From Hydrolagus affinis (lineage: Eukaryota): DNA of 64,000 nucleotides. Below are positions 26,426-37,990 of the stretch, in pieces. The stretch is from contig JAAILG010000027.1 of the NCBI GenBank assembly GCA_012026655.1, forward strand, positions 62,001 through 126,000. Direction: 5' to 3'. The stretch's first letter is position 1; every line of letters begins with the position of its first letter. Made by a program: the position numbers and the translations under genes. The notes under the pieces are model-generated. The model searched no databases. It saw nothing but the letters and a program-made list of their open reading frames with translations, and was not told the DNA's origin.

Positions 26426-27611
26426 GTTTTGCATGAAAATCTCAATTTGGTTTTGGATACTCTTAAACGCAATGATGGGTTTGCACATGCGTCAAGATAC
26501 CCAGCTGACCCAAAAATATATTTTGAGTGTTGTGGCGGTTTTTGCAGGCAAATATGGCAGCTATTTGTGCCAGCGGAGTCCCAAAACAATCATGAAGTAA
26601 ATGACTAATTCATGCGATGGATTGTTGGCCAGGAAAATGGGAGAAAATCCCTTCTCTTTCTGACTTAGTGCCTTGAGATCTTTAAGGTACACCTAAATAA
26701 CAGGAACATATTTTCACATCTCATGTGCACGAATGGATTATACTGACCTGCATAATGTAAGCTTGGAACTGTACACACCTATTTTACACCAAACAATCTG
26801 TTGATACTATTGAAAACATTTTCACAACAGAATACATAGGAGCCACTTTTACCAGCCAAGAAAACTGACCACATCATTGCAGAACGCTTCAACGTCACTC
26901 AAAGGCTGAACATCAAGGCCACAGATAATCAGCCATTTATCATGAGCTCGGAAAGCCCAGAGTATCATATGTTTAGTGACTACAATTTGTGTTTCAGAAA
27001 CAGCCTGGGGCACCAAGAAATTTCTTACTGTTTTACACCAATATCTTAGTCAGGATATAGCTGTAACATTTAACCAAGGTACAGAGATATACCATTAATG
27101 AAATGATATCAGACATCAGTTTTTATGAGTTTTTAGCAGTATTGCTAAAAACTCGTTTGATATTATGGTAAAATATCCAAGCCTACTGCCTTGTCATGGC
27201 TGCCTGACATTCCAAATGATTGTGTTTATTCCCAACAAACTAGAGAATCACAGGAAACATCCGTAGGTTTAAAGTTGGGTGTAGGTTAAAAAAATATGGA
27301 AATGGTATTTTAATATTCTGTCAGTTAATATTGCTTGCATCGTTCTTCTTGCAATGGGACAGTAAGCCTGATGGAAACAATTATTACTGCATTAAAAATA
27401 ATCAAAATAAAATCCTTTCCATTCCAATTTTTTTTCCCTTCTTCCACCCATGTTTATTAAAGGATGATTTTAAACATCTGCCCCTTAATTGTTTCATCTG
27501 TGCAGAAGCCGAAGGGTAAAAATTTCACACACGCCCTCTATCGTGACCTGTGGTTAGACAGAAAACAGTTTTACCAGTCACCATGCAGCTTCCTGTCTAT
27601 GACTTCTGAAA

Positions 27612-27774
27612 NNNNNNNNNNNNNNNNNNNNNNNNNNNNNNNNNNNNNNNNNNNNNNNNNNNNNNNNNNNNNNNNNNNNNNNNNNNNNNNNNNNNNNNNN
27701 NNNNNNNNNNNNNNNNNNNNNNNNNNNNNNNNNNNNNNNNNNNNNNNNNNNNNNNNNNNNNNNNNNNNNNNNNN
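27612..27774. other. Assembly gap (163 N)
   Basis: Run of N. Confidence 1.
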
Positions 27775-27919
27775 CTCGATCAGACAAATAAGATCTATCA
27801 GTCAAATCTCAAGCCCTTTCCCAATAACTGTGCCTTCACATGTAAAGCCAATATGCATATGAACTAGTGACACAGAGGCATTGTCTTTCTGATTTATTTT
27901 TATATTGCTTTCTTGTGTC

Positions 27920-28125
27920 CTGACCAACAATCTCCCCCGAATAAAATTGGCAATTTATTTCATGGCTGTTTGTATGGCATTGTGGTGCGTAAATTGGACT
28001 GCCGTGTTCATCTACAAAAAACAGTCAATTCACTTCACCGTAAATCTTGTGAAGCGCTTTGGGACGCCCTCCCGACATGAAAGGTGTGATACCAAATGGA
28101 GGATCATTTATTATTTATTGTTATT
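27920..28125 (+). mobile_element. SINE 3' half with L2-type tail
   Basis: aattggactgccgtgtt...cagtcaattcacttcaccgtaaatcttgtgaagcgctttgggacg. Confidence 0.75.
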
Positions 28126-29221
28126 CAAGAAAAGGGAGTAAAATGACTCAGTGATATAGCACTGTGGGTAACACTAATGCAAAACAGGAGTGGCTGCACA
28201 GACTCTGCCAACCTCTAGTGACAAATCCACAGCATGCCAACTTTCATTCAATATCTGATTAGCTACAGAATTTTTTTTACATTACAAAAACTGATACATT
28301 GCCTTGGTTTAACGTTACAAAGCAATCGTAAGACCTGGTTTATATTTGAGAAAATCCACATTGTTTATTATTCCATGGACTGAAACTACAGATGCATCAT
28401 CTGTCAGCGTCCCTCAAACCACTGCAATTACAGAAATGACTACACCAATCATCATTTTCAGAAGAAAACATAATTGGGGGGAGAGAGAGGGAGGGTAGGG
28501 GAGGCGGGGGATTCACATAGTTGCTATGTATTTTTCTCCAGAATGATAAATCTTGATTCCACTTTTCATTTCTTCCTTGGTGAAGGCCTTATTTTCAGGG
28601 GAGGAATTAGCCTTCGAAAATGATGGCTTTTTCTAATATGTAAAACATGTATTTGAGGTTTATTTGACTTGATGTCTAGCAAAACAATCTAATGGGAGGC
28701 AGTGGAATAATAGGTTTGTTAATTTAGTGAAAAGTGGAATTTTTTTTAGAACCATATTTGTATGTTCCTGATTCTTCACTGCTTTGTTTTAGACACAAAG
28801 CTTTCTTTGAGCAAAGGCTGGACAGTGCTGATGTCCCTGCAGCCATGACACAGCAGCCACATGTTGAAAGACACTTGCAGCAGGCATTATTTACCTTGTC
28901 CATGATATTTGTCTACTTTTAGCTAGAGTAGCCTGTTCTTCAAATCCAAATTAAACAATGACATTTGCTTCTGGAACTGTGGGTAGAATGGGGAGGGGTG
29001 GGGAGGGGAAGCGATGGAGAGAACACAGGAGAGAAGCCAATAAAAATAAACTGCTGAGGCTTAACTTCATAAAGACGCACGGAAAACTGTCTATTTCATT
29101 ACAGTCTAAACAATATCATATGTACAGTGGAATAAGTAATGAATCCTGACATATGATTAGGCCGCTTACATAAGTTCCAAATATGCTGTGTGTGTCGTTG
29201 TCCGTCCGTCGCCCGCCCCAC

Positions 29222-29283
29222 CACCAACAACAAAATTACATTTATCGCGCGTTTTACATCAGGAGGACGTTCCAAAGCGCTGA
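29222..29283 (-). mobile_element. Isolated L2 3' tail, minus strand
   Basis: Reverse complement cagcgctttggaacgtcctcctgatgtaaaacgcgcgataaatgtaattttgttgttgg matches the L2 tail at 6577-6640. Confidence 0.8.
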
Positions 29284-29327
29284 ACAATTCAACAATTCAA
29301 ACTCGATGCCTTACATTATTTTGTGAA

Positions 29328-29657
29328 CCTGCCCACCCCCTCGGTTCAGCAGGCTCCGGTCTACTCCATGTCCCCCGCCTGACCCGTCCTACCATTGGTA
29401 GATGGGCTTTCAGCCTCTCTGCCCCCACACTCTGGAACTTTATCCCACAGTCCCTTCGCCACGCTTCCTCCCTTGCCTCCATCAAGGCTGGTTTCAAAAC
29501 CCTCCTCTTTGACTGTGCCTTCTGCTGCTCTCCCAACTCTTTCCCTCCCTTCCCCTGCCCATCTCCCTTGCTCGGGATCCGACCTGACTGTTCAGAGTCT
29601 TGGGACATCCGTGAAAAGCACTCTATAAATGTAGTTTGTTGTTGTAGTAGTTGTTGT
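29328..29657 (+). mobile_element. L2 LINE 3' fragment
   Basis: SAGSGLLHVPRLTRPTIGRWAFSLSAPTLWNFIPQSLRHASSLASIKAGFKTLLF, then tail ...gtgaaaagcactctataaatgtagtttgttgttg. Confidence 0.9.
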
Positions 29658-30149
29658 CTTCATATCATTGTAATATCCATTTGGAAAATCTGGCACCTCA
29701 AAACTGCAGATGTTGCTGCTTGGAAAATGAATGGAAGGGAGATTTCAAAGGAAGATCCATTGAGATGCTTGACGAGATTAAATGCAATAGAAACCCTATT
29801 CCATAGCATTTATTCTTTAGAGAAATAGTATCCAAAGTGGTGCAGTGCACCATACCAGTCTATCGAACGTGCCCTTCAATTGGACACCTCAGTCACGTGG
29901 GCTGTTTACCAGTTCTTGCCTCATACGCTTAATGTCTACCATGCCACTCTGTGAAATTCTCTGCTTCTCCTCCTTATTTGACTCTGAGACACCACTCTGA
30001 AAGGGAGGAAGCCTGATTTTAATCCTTAAAAACGTAGGGTTTTTCATTAAGAAAGTAAGAGCAGCCCCGAGTCTTCCAAGCCTTATGTGAAGGTAGATAA
30101 GATAATACCCACAAGACATTTTAAGTACATCTGTCAATTTTTTTTATGG

Positions 30150-31110
30150 AAGGCACTGATTGTGTGCTATTGATTGTATCTTAAACAAAGTTGTTACAAA
30201 AAACGACCATTAACAATTCACATTGAGAGGGACAATCAATATTTAAATGACTCTTTTCATTGATTTAAAATTAACTTTCAATTAAGAGATCCATATGACT
30301 TTTAAATGCGACACTTATCCATTGCAGAGAAAAGGTACATTTATCGATACTCTTAAACAGCACTCGCTGGTTTTTCATCGATTCGGTCATTTGTGCTGTG
30401 ATTCGTTAGCGTCACCAGACTTTTAAGATCACGAACCACAGCTCCACAGCCACCTTAGTGCGCTGGGAGTGTGCAAACAAGGGCTTGTAACACCGCACTG
30501 GCACGTTTTGTATTGAGATGCGAGCAGCCAGAAAAAATAACAACAGGTAGGACAAATGAAGTTCCAGCTATCTGAAAATGTATCTTAATCTGTATTCATT
30601 GTGCTAAACGTCTTCCGATTCTGAAACACCGAGGTGGTTAGTGGTGCTAGCTCGCCCTGGTCGAGAGCAATCCTTTATTTTGACTAATTAGACTATTGAT
30701 ACCTTTTGTTTTTTGTGAACCAAGCAATGAATGAAATCTTTATCAGCTTTATTGATCATTCTGAAAGCTGAACTATATGTTTTGGCCATGAGCAGCTCCA
30801 GCAAAGATGGTTAGCATGCAGCAGCTAAGATAATCACACTATCACAGACACAGTGTGTTCAGTATCTTAGCGTGAAATTCTTTGTCTTAAGATGGAAAAT
30901 GGCACTTAGAGCTCATTAACTGGAATATTAATATAGTGCAATTAAAGTTATTAGCACTATTTACATGCGGCCTTGTTAATCTGCAAACAATTACAGCTAA
31001 TGCCAGCTTCTAATTAAGCCATGCTGCTGAACAGAAGAGGTGATTAATTAGACGGCATCAGAATTGGAACTACTGTGTGTGCCCTTTAGCCTGCCTGTTT
31101 CACAGTACTT
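30150..31110. promoter_or_regulatory. Candidate conserved non-coding element / intronic enhancer
   Basis: Repeat-free block dense in TAAT/ATTA and SOX-like (A/T)ACAA(A/T) words, e.g. ctaattaagcc...gtgattaattagacgg. Conservation cannot be tested here. Confidence 0.35.
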
Positions 31111-31479
31111 TGTAACTCACTCCACTGTATGTTCCATCCCAGTGAAGGAAGCATTTAAATTAAGTGCAGTCTAACCATGAGGGAAGCATTCTGTGTTTGT
31201 GTTCAGCAGGTGCACCCAGCAAAGCCACTGTTCCTTTATGTTTACCAAACGGACACAGACGAACGAGGAACAAGATGCAACGTTCATTTATTTGAACTCA
31301 AAATGAAAAGTAATAGGATATGTGTGTGGAGAGGGGAGTGGAGGGGGGGGGGTTAAGGTTTCTCTAATTGCCTACGTTTATGTGGAAATTATAGTTATTT
31401 ATGTCAACCAAAGTATGAAGAGTGTTTGTGTGCAATATCTGGATCATGTTTAATTTGCTTTGTAATAATTAAATAATTT

Positions 31480-31792
31480 GTGGAGTCCTGTAGCTCAGAA
31501 GTTGGAGCACTCGTCTTGTAAGCGAGAGACCTGGGTTTGATTCCCGGCAGGGCAAAACCTTGGGCAAGTTTCCTTACTCCACATGCCTGATAATAATCTC
31601 TCAAAAAAAAACACAATAATAACTTGGTCATTTTTCACGACTCTTTGTAGGACACTACTGCGTGCAATTGGCTGCTGTGTTTTGCGCACAAAAATACAGT
31701 CAATTCACTTTACAGTAAATTCGATGAAGTGCTTTGAGACTCCTAGAGGATGTGAAAAATGCCATTTCAAATACAAGGATTATTATAATAAT
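31480..31792 (+). mobile_element. Young tRNA(Ala)-derived SINE, full length
   Basis: gtggagtcctgtagctcag...ctgggtttgattcccggcagggcaaaaccttgggcaagtttccttactccac...gtgctttgagac...caaggattatt. Confidence 0.92.
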
Positions 31793-33217
31793 ACATGCAG
31801 TCATCATCAATGATGGTACTATATTCAGCAATAAGCAACTAGGGAGAGTATTCCATTCAAGTCTTACACACTCTGCAACCGGTGGACTTTTTATTTGAAA
31901 CCAATGCAAATTGTCCTGTGGAACACATGTGCTCACCTTCATTGGTCAGGTAAATGTTCTTAGAGAGGGCAGACTGTGATCGGGAATGTAGAACACACAA
32001 TGCGATTGAACAGGATTTGTAAATATCAAATCCTGCAGGTCGAGAAGTGGCTGTACATCAAGCATAGGATAAGCATAGAGTAAAGTTACCAATCCAGTAA
32101 TGTTGGAAATGCATGCAACCGATTAATCAGCTTATTCCTCAAGTAAGGAAAACCTGCCAAATGACACAAATGTTCCTTCAAACTAATATTTACCCAAATA
32201 GAGACCCCTCTCCAACTCTCGAGGACTGAAAATCGATAAGAAATAAAGGTTCCCACAGGTGTATGAACCAAAATATGAGTTGTTGTGACTCCAGCCGCAG
32301 ACAGCAGAAGCCACATTGAAAACCTCTGTTGGGGCTTTGGGAAATGGTGACTTTATCACTCTGCACATTAATACACTCCGCCATTTTTACAGCACCATTT
32401 TAATCTAAAATGGTCCAGTTAATGCCAACGTGGCTTAGTTGAACACACTTAACCTTTTCAGTTAGTTCCTACCATATAAATCAGTGAGACTCTTTGTATA
32501 CTGAGGATTCCCCAGATTATTTGAATGTTTCTGGTGTATGTATTAAAAGCTCACTTTTGTGTTTGAGGTAGTGGAATATTCAGCTTATTCCTCAAGTAAG
32601 GAAATCCTGCCAAATGCTAAAATGACAAGCGACACAAATCTTCCTTCAAGCTAAAAATATCCAGTAGACCTCTTAAGGCAAGGTGCAAATTTTGGTCAAG
32701 TGTTAAATTCATTCTTCATTCTCAAGCCGGTTATCCGTACTTCTTAAAATAACCGAAAGAAAAACAGCTACAAATGTAAGACTGAATTGAGAATTATCTA
32801 AACTGCGCATGCACTGAAATGCTAAGTTAAAACAATCTTAATTTTGTACCCAGGTGAAATGTCTCCCTAGGCTTCTCCATTGCCTCCCTGTACATTCAGT
32901 TCATTCACTGGTCGCAGCGTGTTTTGAAAATAAAATAATTAACTTTTATTTCCGTTTTATTAAATTCGAATGAGGATCAATATGAGTGTTGAGGGCACTT
33001 TAAAATCCTTAATTAGATTAAGTCAGCCATTCTCTCCAGTGGTTCGCTTGGTGCCAGCTAGAAAAAAATCCCCTAAACAGATATTAAACAGTCGGTTCCC
33101 ACAGGGCGGTGTCGACCCAAATACTGGTTCAATTCACCAGTGGATCATGAAGCCGGTATGGATAGCTAGCAGTAAGTAGGAACCCGATTGTTAGTCGATT
33201 GGCGGATGGCTTTCTGG

Positions 33218-33415
33218 GGTCAATAATCCCTCACAAAAAAATTGGCTCACTCAATCTACGACTGTTTGTGGGACACTGCTGTGCGCAATTGGTTGCTAAG
33301 TTTTGCCCCCAAAATACAAAATCAATTCACTTTACAGTGTAATCTGTGAAGCACTTTGAGATGTCTCAACGATGTGATACAGTGTAATATTATAAGCAAG
33401 GATTATTATTATTCT
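33218..33415 (+). mobile_element. SINE 3' half attached to a non-standard 5' segment
   Basis: aataatccctc...tttgtgggacactgctgtgcgcaattgg...gtgaagcactttgagatgtctc...gcaaggattattattatt. Confidence 0.8.
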
Positions 33416-35844
33416 TCAGGCCTGTGACTCAATATCAGCACACAAATGTGTACGCACAATGAATTAAAATGCACATTTTTCTTATTTGTTATTGTTCATT
33501 GTCTGCACTGAAAACCTTCTCTTCCTGCTTCACTATTTACAAGAAGCTGTGGAGCGAGTCCTCAGCTGAGCACAGCAGAATTACAGGGCTCGAGGAAATG
33601 GGTGGAGAACACTTGGCTGTGATGTGCATACACAGGCTCACAAACATGTGTGATAACCAGGGGGTTTACCGCCAAAAGGATATCCGAACACGTATAATTA
33701 GATAGGCACATATGAAAAGAACCAGTTTGTAGTTTTTTGCTGATAGTAGCTAGAAGCTCGGCGATTGAACTTTATGGATGTTGGAATATTATCATTTTAA
33801 AGTCTAGAGGTTATTTGTAAAATTGATGGGTGAATCAGAGGTCTGCATAATTTCCAGTAGCCAGCTGTGAAACACCAATTTACAAGTGACAGGCGAAAAT
33901 AAAGGGTGGGGGGGGTTGTATGCATTTAGAGCTGAGCGCACTTTCAGCTTGAAACGTCAGGAACTGCAGGTGTCTGGAACAGCAAATGGACAACAAATCA
34001 AGGAACACAGTACTGTACTTCTCTTCCAGCCCTCGAATCACAGCCTCCTTTTCGGCGGTGTTGGCAGCATGGCCGCCCATTACTGTGCAATTACCCCAGT
34101 CTCTTTATCCTGACACCACCATGAGCTGCTGTCACTCAGTCTCCAGCTCACTGCTTTCCCTGTGCCATGGCCTCGCTCTTGTCTGCTCAAGCTGAAGTTA
34201 AGCTCCCCCAGGCCGACCTATTCATTACCTATTGCTTTCCTAGTGATGTAATCCCTGGGAGCAAAAAAAATGCAAGCAGGCTAATTATATAACACATCCA
34301 GGTTTGTTTTTTAATATAATCTGCTCTTTCCTCCTTCACCCATTGGCATACCTTCTTAATACTGTAAATATTTAAACTCCTCATTATGCCGAGTGATCAT
34401 CAACATCGCATTAACGCAAGTCAAATTCCTCACATGAGCTAATGAATGCAGGTTATGTGGCTGAGCCTGCAAACCCTGTGCAGTGCTGTTTTGCAGGAAG
34501 GCTTTCATTATGAAATCGCACGGCTAACATCCAAACATCACTGCGCCTCACGCTCATTCGCAGTTAATGATGTTCGCTCCATTTCTCCACAATAGGGTTA
34601 GGTTACCATTGGAACCCATATACAAAAAATAAAAGCAACCCAATAATGTGACACAATCAATCCACTTTACAGTATACCCTGTAAAGCGCTTTGAGACATC
34701 TCAACAATGTAATAAGGTGCGATTTGAAATGCAAGGATTATTTTATGATTATTATTAAGTGGCTGAATTCATTGTAAGTGGGTGAGTATCACGGCCAAGA
34801 TCAAAGGTACTGATGTGCGAAGTCGATGCCTCAGCCACCCCCTGAAATGTCTAATCGTATAACATGAGTGTGACATAATTCAGCATATATTATGACAGTA
34901 GCAATTACAGAAAAGTGCATGACACCATTATTTCCAACTGGAAATGAGATGATTATGCTAATTAAGTGATAGATAGCAGGTGGCACAAAGCGGCTGTTAC
35001 AAGCCTGTCTGATCCAGGGAGAGACTCGCAGTCAAAGTCTGGACGCCCTAACGCAGGCGGCGAGAGATTCAAATGCAGCTCGGTCCCTCAGTGAGGTCTT
35101 GGCATTTGCTTTGATTTAGCAGTTCCTTATCACATCAAAGAGGTGAAAAGGTAATTTTACAGACTGGTGTGAAAAATCAACTGACACTTCACCAATTCCA
35201 GCTGCTGGGATTTGCCTGCGGATTAGCATATTACCAGTGTTGCAACATTACAGCAAACTAACAGCCTGGTAGCAAATTAATCACTTTTTTTTCCAGCCGA
35301 TGAACCACTCAATTTAACAGATCCCCAGTGCAGTGGAACCACTTCCCATGAAGCTGAAGTCACTGGAGCTCCCTTTATACTGAAACACTTCACCATTGTT
35401 TCACACCGTAAGTGACTGAGAAATGCTGTACTGCTGTCTTATAATGGATTTATGTGGCAAGAATAGGTTCGAATTCAATGGAATCTAAAGAACCCCTAAG
35501 ATGGTAGGGGCTGGAGCCTATTGGTTTGCTGTCTATCTCATTGCAGGACAAAATCCTAATATTTGGGCATTTGCAAATAAACTGAATCCTACATTTAGTT
35601 ATCTGGTAAGAACCCCCCCCCCCAGTCACCCACTCTTCCCACTGGACAAACTCTACAGAGGGCAGTGATGGCATAACCATCGACACCTCAGGCTATCCAT
35701 TGACAAACAAATAGCGGGTGCTCACAGAGGCCATGGGAGGCCGTGTTTATGTTGATCTACAGACTGCTTCCGACAGGCTGGGTGGATCTGTGATGGTGAA
35801 ATTGCCCAGTTGCTCCCCCCTGATCTCTCTCCAGAGACCAGAGA

Positions 35845-35960
35845 CAATAGAAAGTTACAGTATGGAAGGCCATTTGGCCCATCGTTTCTGTGCCGGGTCT
35901 TTTAAGAGCAATTCTTTCAGTCCTGCCCTTTCCCTGTAACTCGATATTTTACTCCTTAAA
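35845..35960 (-). mobile_element. CR1-type LINE 3' end
   Basis: atagaaagttacagtatggaaggccatttggcccatcg...: the ggcc(a/c)tt(t/c)ggccc hairpin typical of CR1 3' ends. Confidence 0.6.
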
Positions 35961-36529
35961 TTACTGCTGCTTGAATCATCCAGGTGTCCCTCTCCATATC
36001 TCTCTTAGAGATCATTGATTGATCTTCCTGTGTGCAGGCAGCAAACGAAGATGGGATCAGGCTCAATTTGACTGTACAACAACACTCACTGTCAAGGCTC
36101 ACGTGTGAAGAATGGCCACTGGGGTGAGATATTGGAGGACACACCCCTCCCTTTTGAGAGAAAAAAAATTAATCAAATGCCTTCAGGAGAGGAGAGGAGG
36201 AAGGGAGGAGGAGAGGGAACGAGAAAATTAGTGTGGGTCTGAAAGCTTTTAACCTTCCACCATCTAGTCCATGAGTAGCGACAGAATTCCCCTCAGTGAC
36301 ATGGAAAGCAGGGCCTCAAGTCATACAGCATTTCTATTCAATGTGAGCAAAAAAAAATCAATTATGTGGCACAGAAATAGCTTGTCTGCTATAAACTCAT
36401 CTACTCCATTTGCAGGTTTTTGTGGTGAGGCTGGGGTTCGGCATTCAGATAATGCAGCGGGGACATGAGCAGTAATGGGAAATACAGATCCACATCGCAG
36501 CAGTGCTGCTGTAACTATTTCATCCCCGA

Positions 36530-36982
36530 CAATAAATAATGCCAAAAATAATCCTTGCATTTGATATAGTGTCTTATCACATCCTCGAGATGTCTCAAAA
36601 CGCTTCATGGGATACACTGTAAAGTGTAGTAACTGTATATTTTGTGGATATCCTCGTGACGTGAAAGGCACTATAAAAATGTAATTTTGTGTTGTTGGAC
36701 TAAATGCGTTAGCCAATTGAGCATAGCAGTATCCCACAAACGTTGTGGATTAAGTAACCAGATTATTATTATTATTATTGCTTGTTTGTTGTTGAAGGTA
36801 CTATTATCCCCCAAAAATCAATGCGCCAAATGACTAACAACCATACTCCTACTTAATGCTTAGAAAAACACAGCTGTCCAGAGAAAGGAAACTAGCCTAA
36901 GGTTTCGCCCCACCCAGGAATCAGACCCGGGTCCTCTCGCTTGCGGGTCGAGTGTGCTAACCACTATGCTATACGACTCCAC
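36530..36982 (-). mobile_element. tRNA-derived SINE (minus) interrupted by a short plus-strand L2 tail at ~36649-36695
   Basis: Tail aatccttgcatttgatatag at ~36550; head ...ctctcgcttgcgggtcgagtgtgctaaccactatgctatacgactccac at ~36935-36981. Confidence 0.85.
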
Positions 36983-37334
36983 AATCTCCGTCTCAAGCCT
37001 GATGGCAGCGACAGTAACCACACTTTTGAAAGACACAAGGAAGATTCTGCACTCAAGAACAGCAATGAGTTAAAAATAGAACTTAAGAGTAGAAATGCTG
37101 TGTCTGAAACAGTGTCTGTGCAGTTTGTTCAGCAAACCACAAAGAGGTTTTAAACATTGGAGAATGGGCTGGGCTGACCTTTCTCTCTAAGTGCCCAGTC
37201 CTACCCACCACTGTACTCCGAATGGAATGATGGCACCATCCCTTATTTAGACTTTTTGAAAAAAATAATGATTCCAGTCGACCACAAGGAATTGGTCTCA
37301 GGGTCGCGATGTTTTGGTGAAAAACATTGTCAAT

Positions 37335-37990
37335 TATAGGTCATGCTCTTCAAAAGTCCTGCACAAGCTGCACTGTAAGGCCCTGCCTGGAGTGTTGTAC
37401 ACTGCCTGGTCACTGCAACACAAGGTCTAGGTACAAGAGACAATTAGAGAAGAGCAACGAGGCCCATGCCAGAGTAACGGGCAGAACTATGAAGAACAAA
37501 ACATGCATTAATGTAGTGATTTCACATTGGGTGAAGCTGCTAGACAATTAGTCTCTTCAGCCTTCAAATGAAAGGTCTCAAGAGAGGACTATTTAAGGGT
37601 ATATAACATGTTAAATTTCACCTGCAAAGTATTCCTTACAGTAAATCCTGCAAAGCTCTTTAAGATGTCTTCTAGACGAGAAAGGTGCTATTTCAAAGCA
37701 AGAGATAGCAAATAAGATAGAGAAAGTAATCCTACTGCAATCATTTCAGACATGTCAAGGCTGCAGGACAAGAGGTCATAGGTTCAGATTTGTGAAGGAA
37801 AACTTTAGGCCAGACACCAGAAAGCATTTCTTTACAAGGAGAGTATTTGACAATTGGAATGGGTTATGAAGAAGGGTGATAGAGGCCTGGAAGCTGGACT
37901 TATTTAAGAGACAACATGATGCTGTAATGAGAGGATGTGTATTCTGGGAGGATGAGATCATCAGCTGAATTTCTCTTGTTCTACATTGTG
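37335..37990 (+). mobile_element. Decayed CR1 LINE 3' region with an inserted SINE tail (~37625-37705)
   Basis: gtaaggccctgcctggagtgttgt... (VRP.LE motif) and caggacaagaggtcataggttc...agaaagcatttctttacaaggagagtatttgacaattggaatgggtta (RTRGH/RKHFF/WN motifs). Confidence 0.75.

Noticed and set aside
27582-27605. 24-nt phase-1/1 micro-exon candidate (tttcAG|AAGTCATAGACAGGAAGCTGCATG|GTGACT)
   Set aside because: Weak donor, polypyrimidine tract hidden in the gap, no homology support; expected by chance in 46 kb.
35956-36144. Possible missing ZFHX4 cassette exon (IPSSFAACTQEDQSMISKRD...)
   Set aside because: No convincing acceptor/donor pair or similarity, and it adjoins a CR1 fragment.
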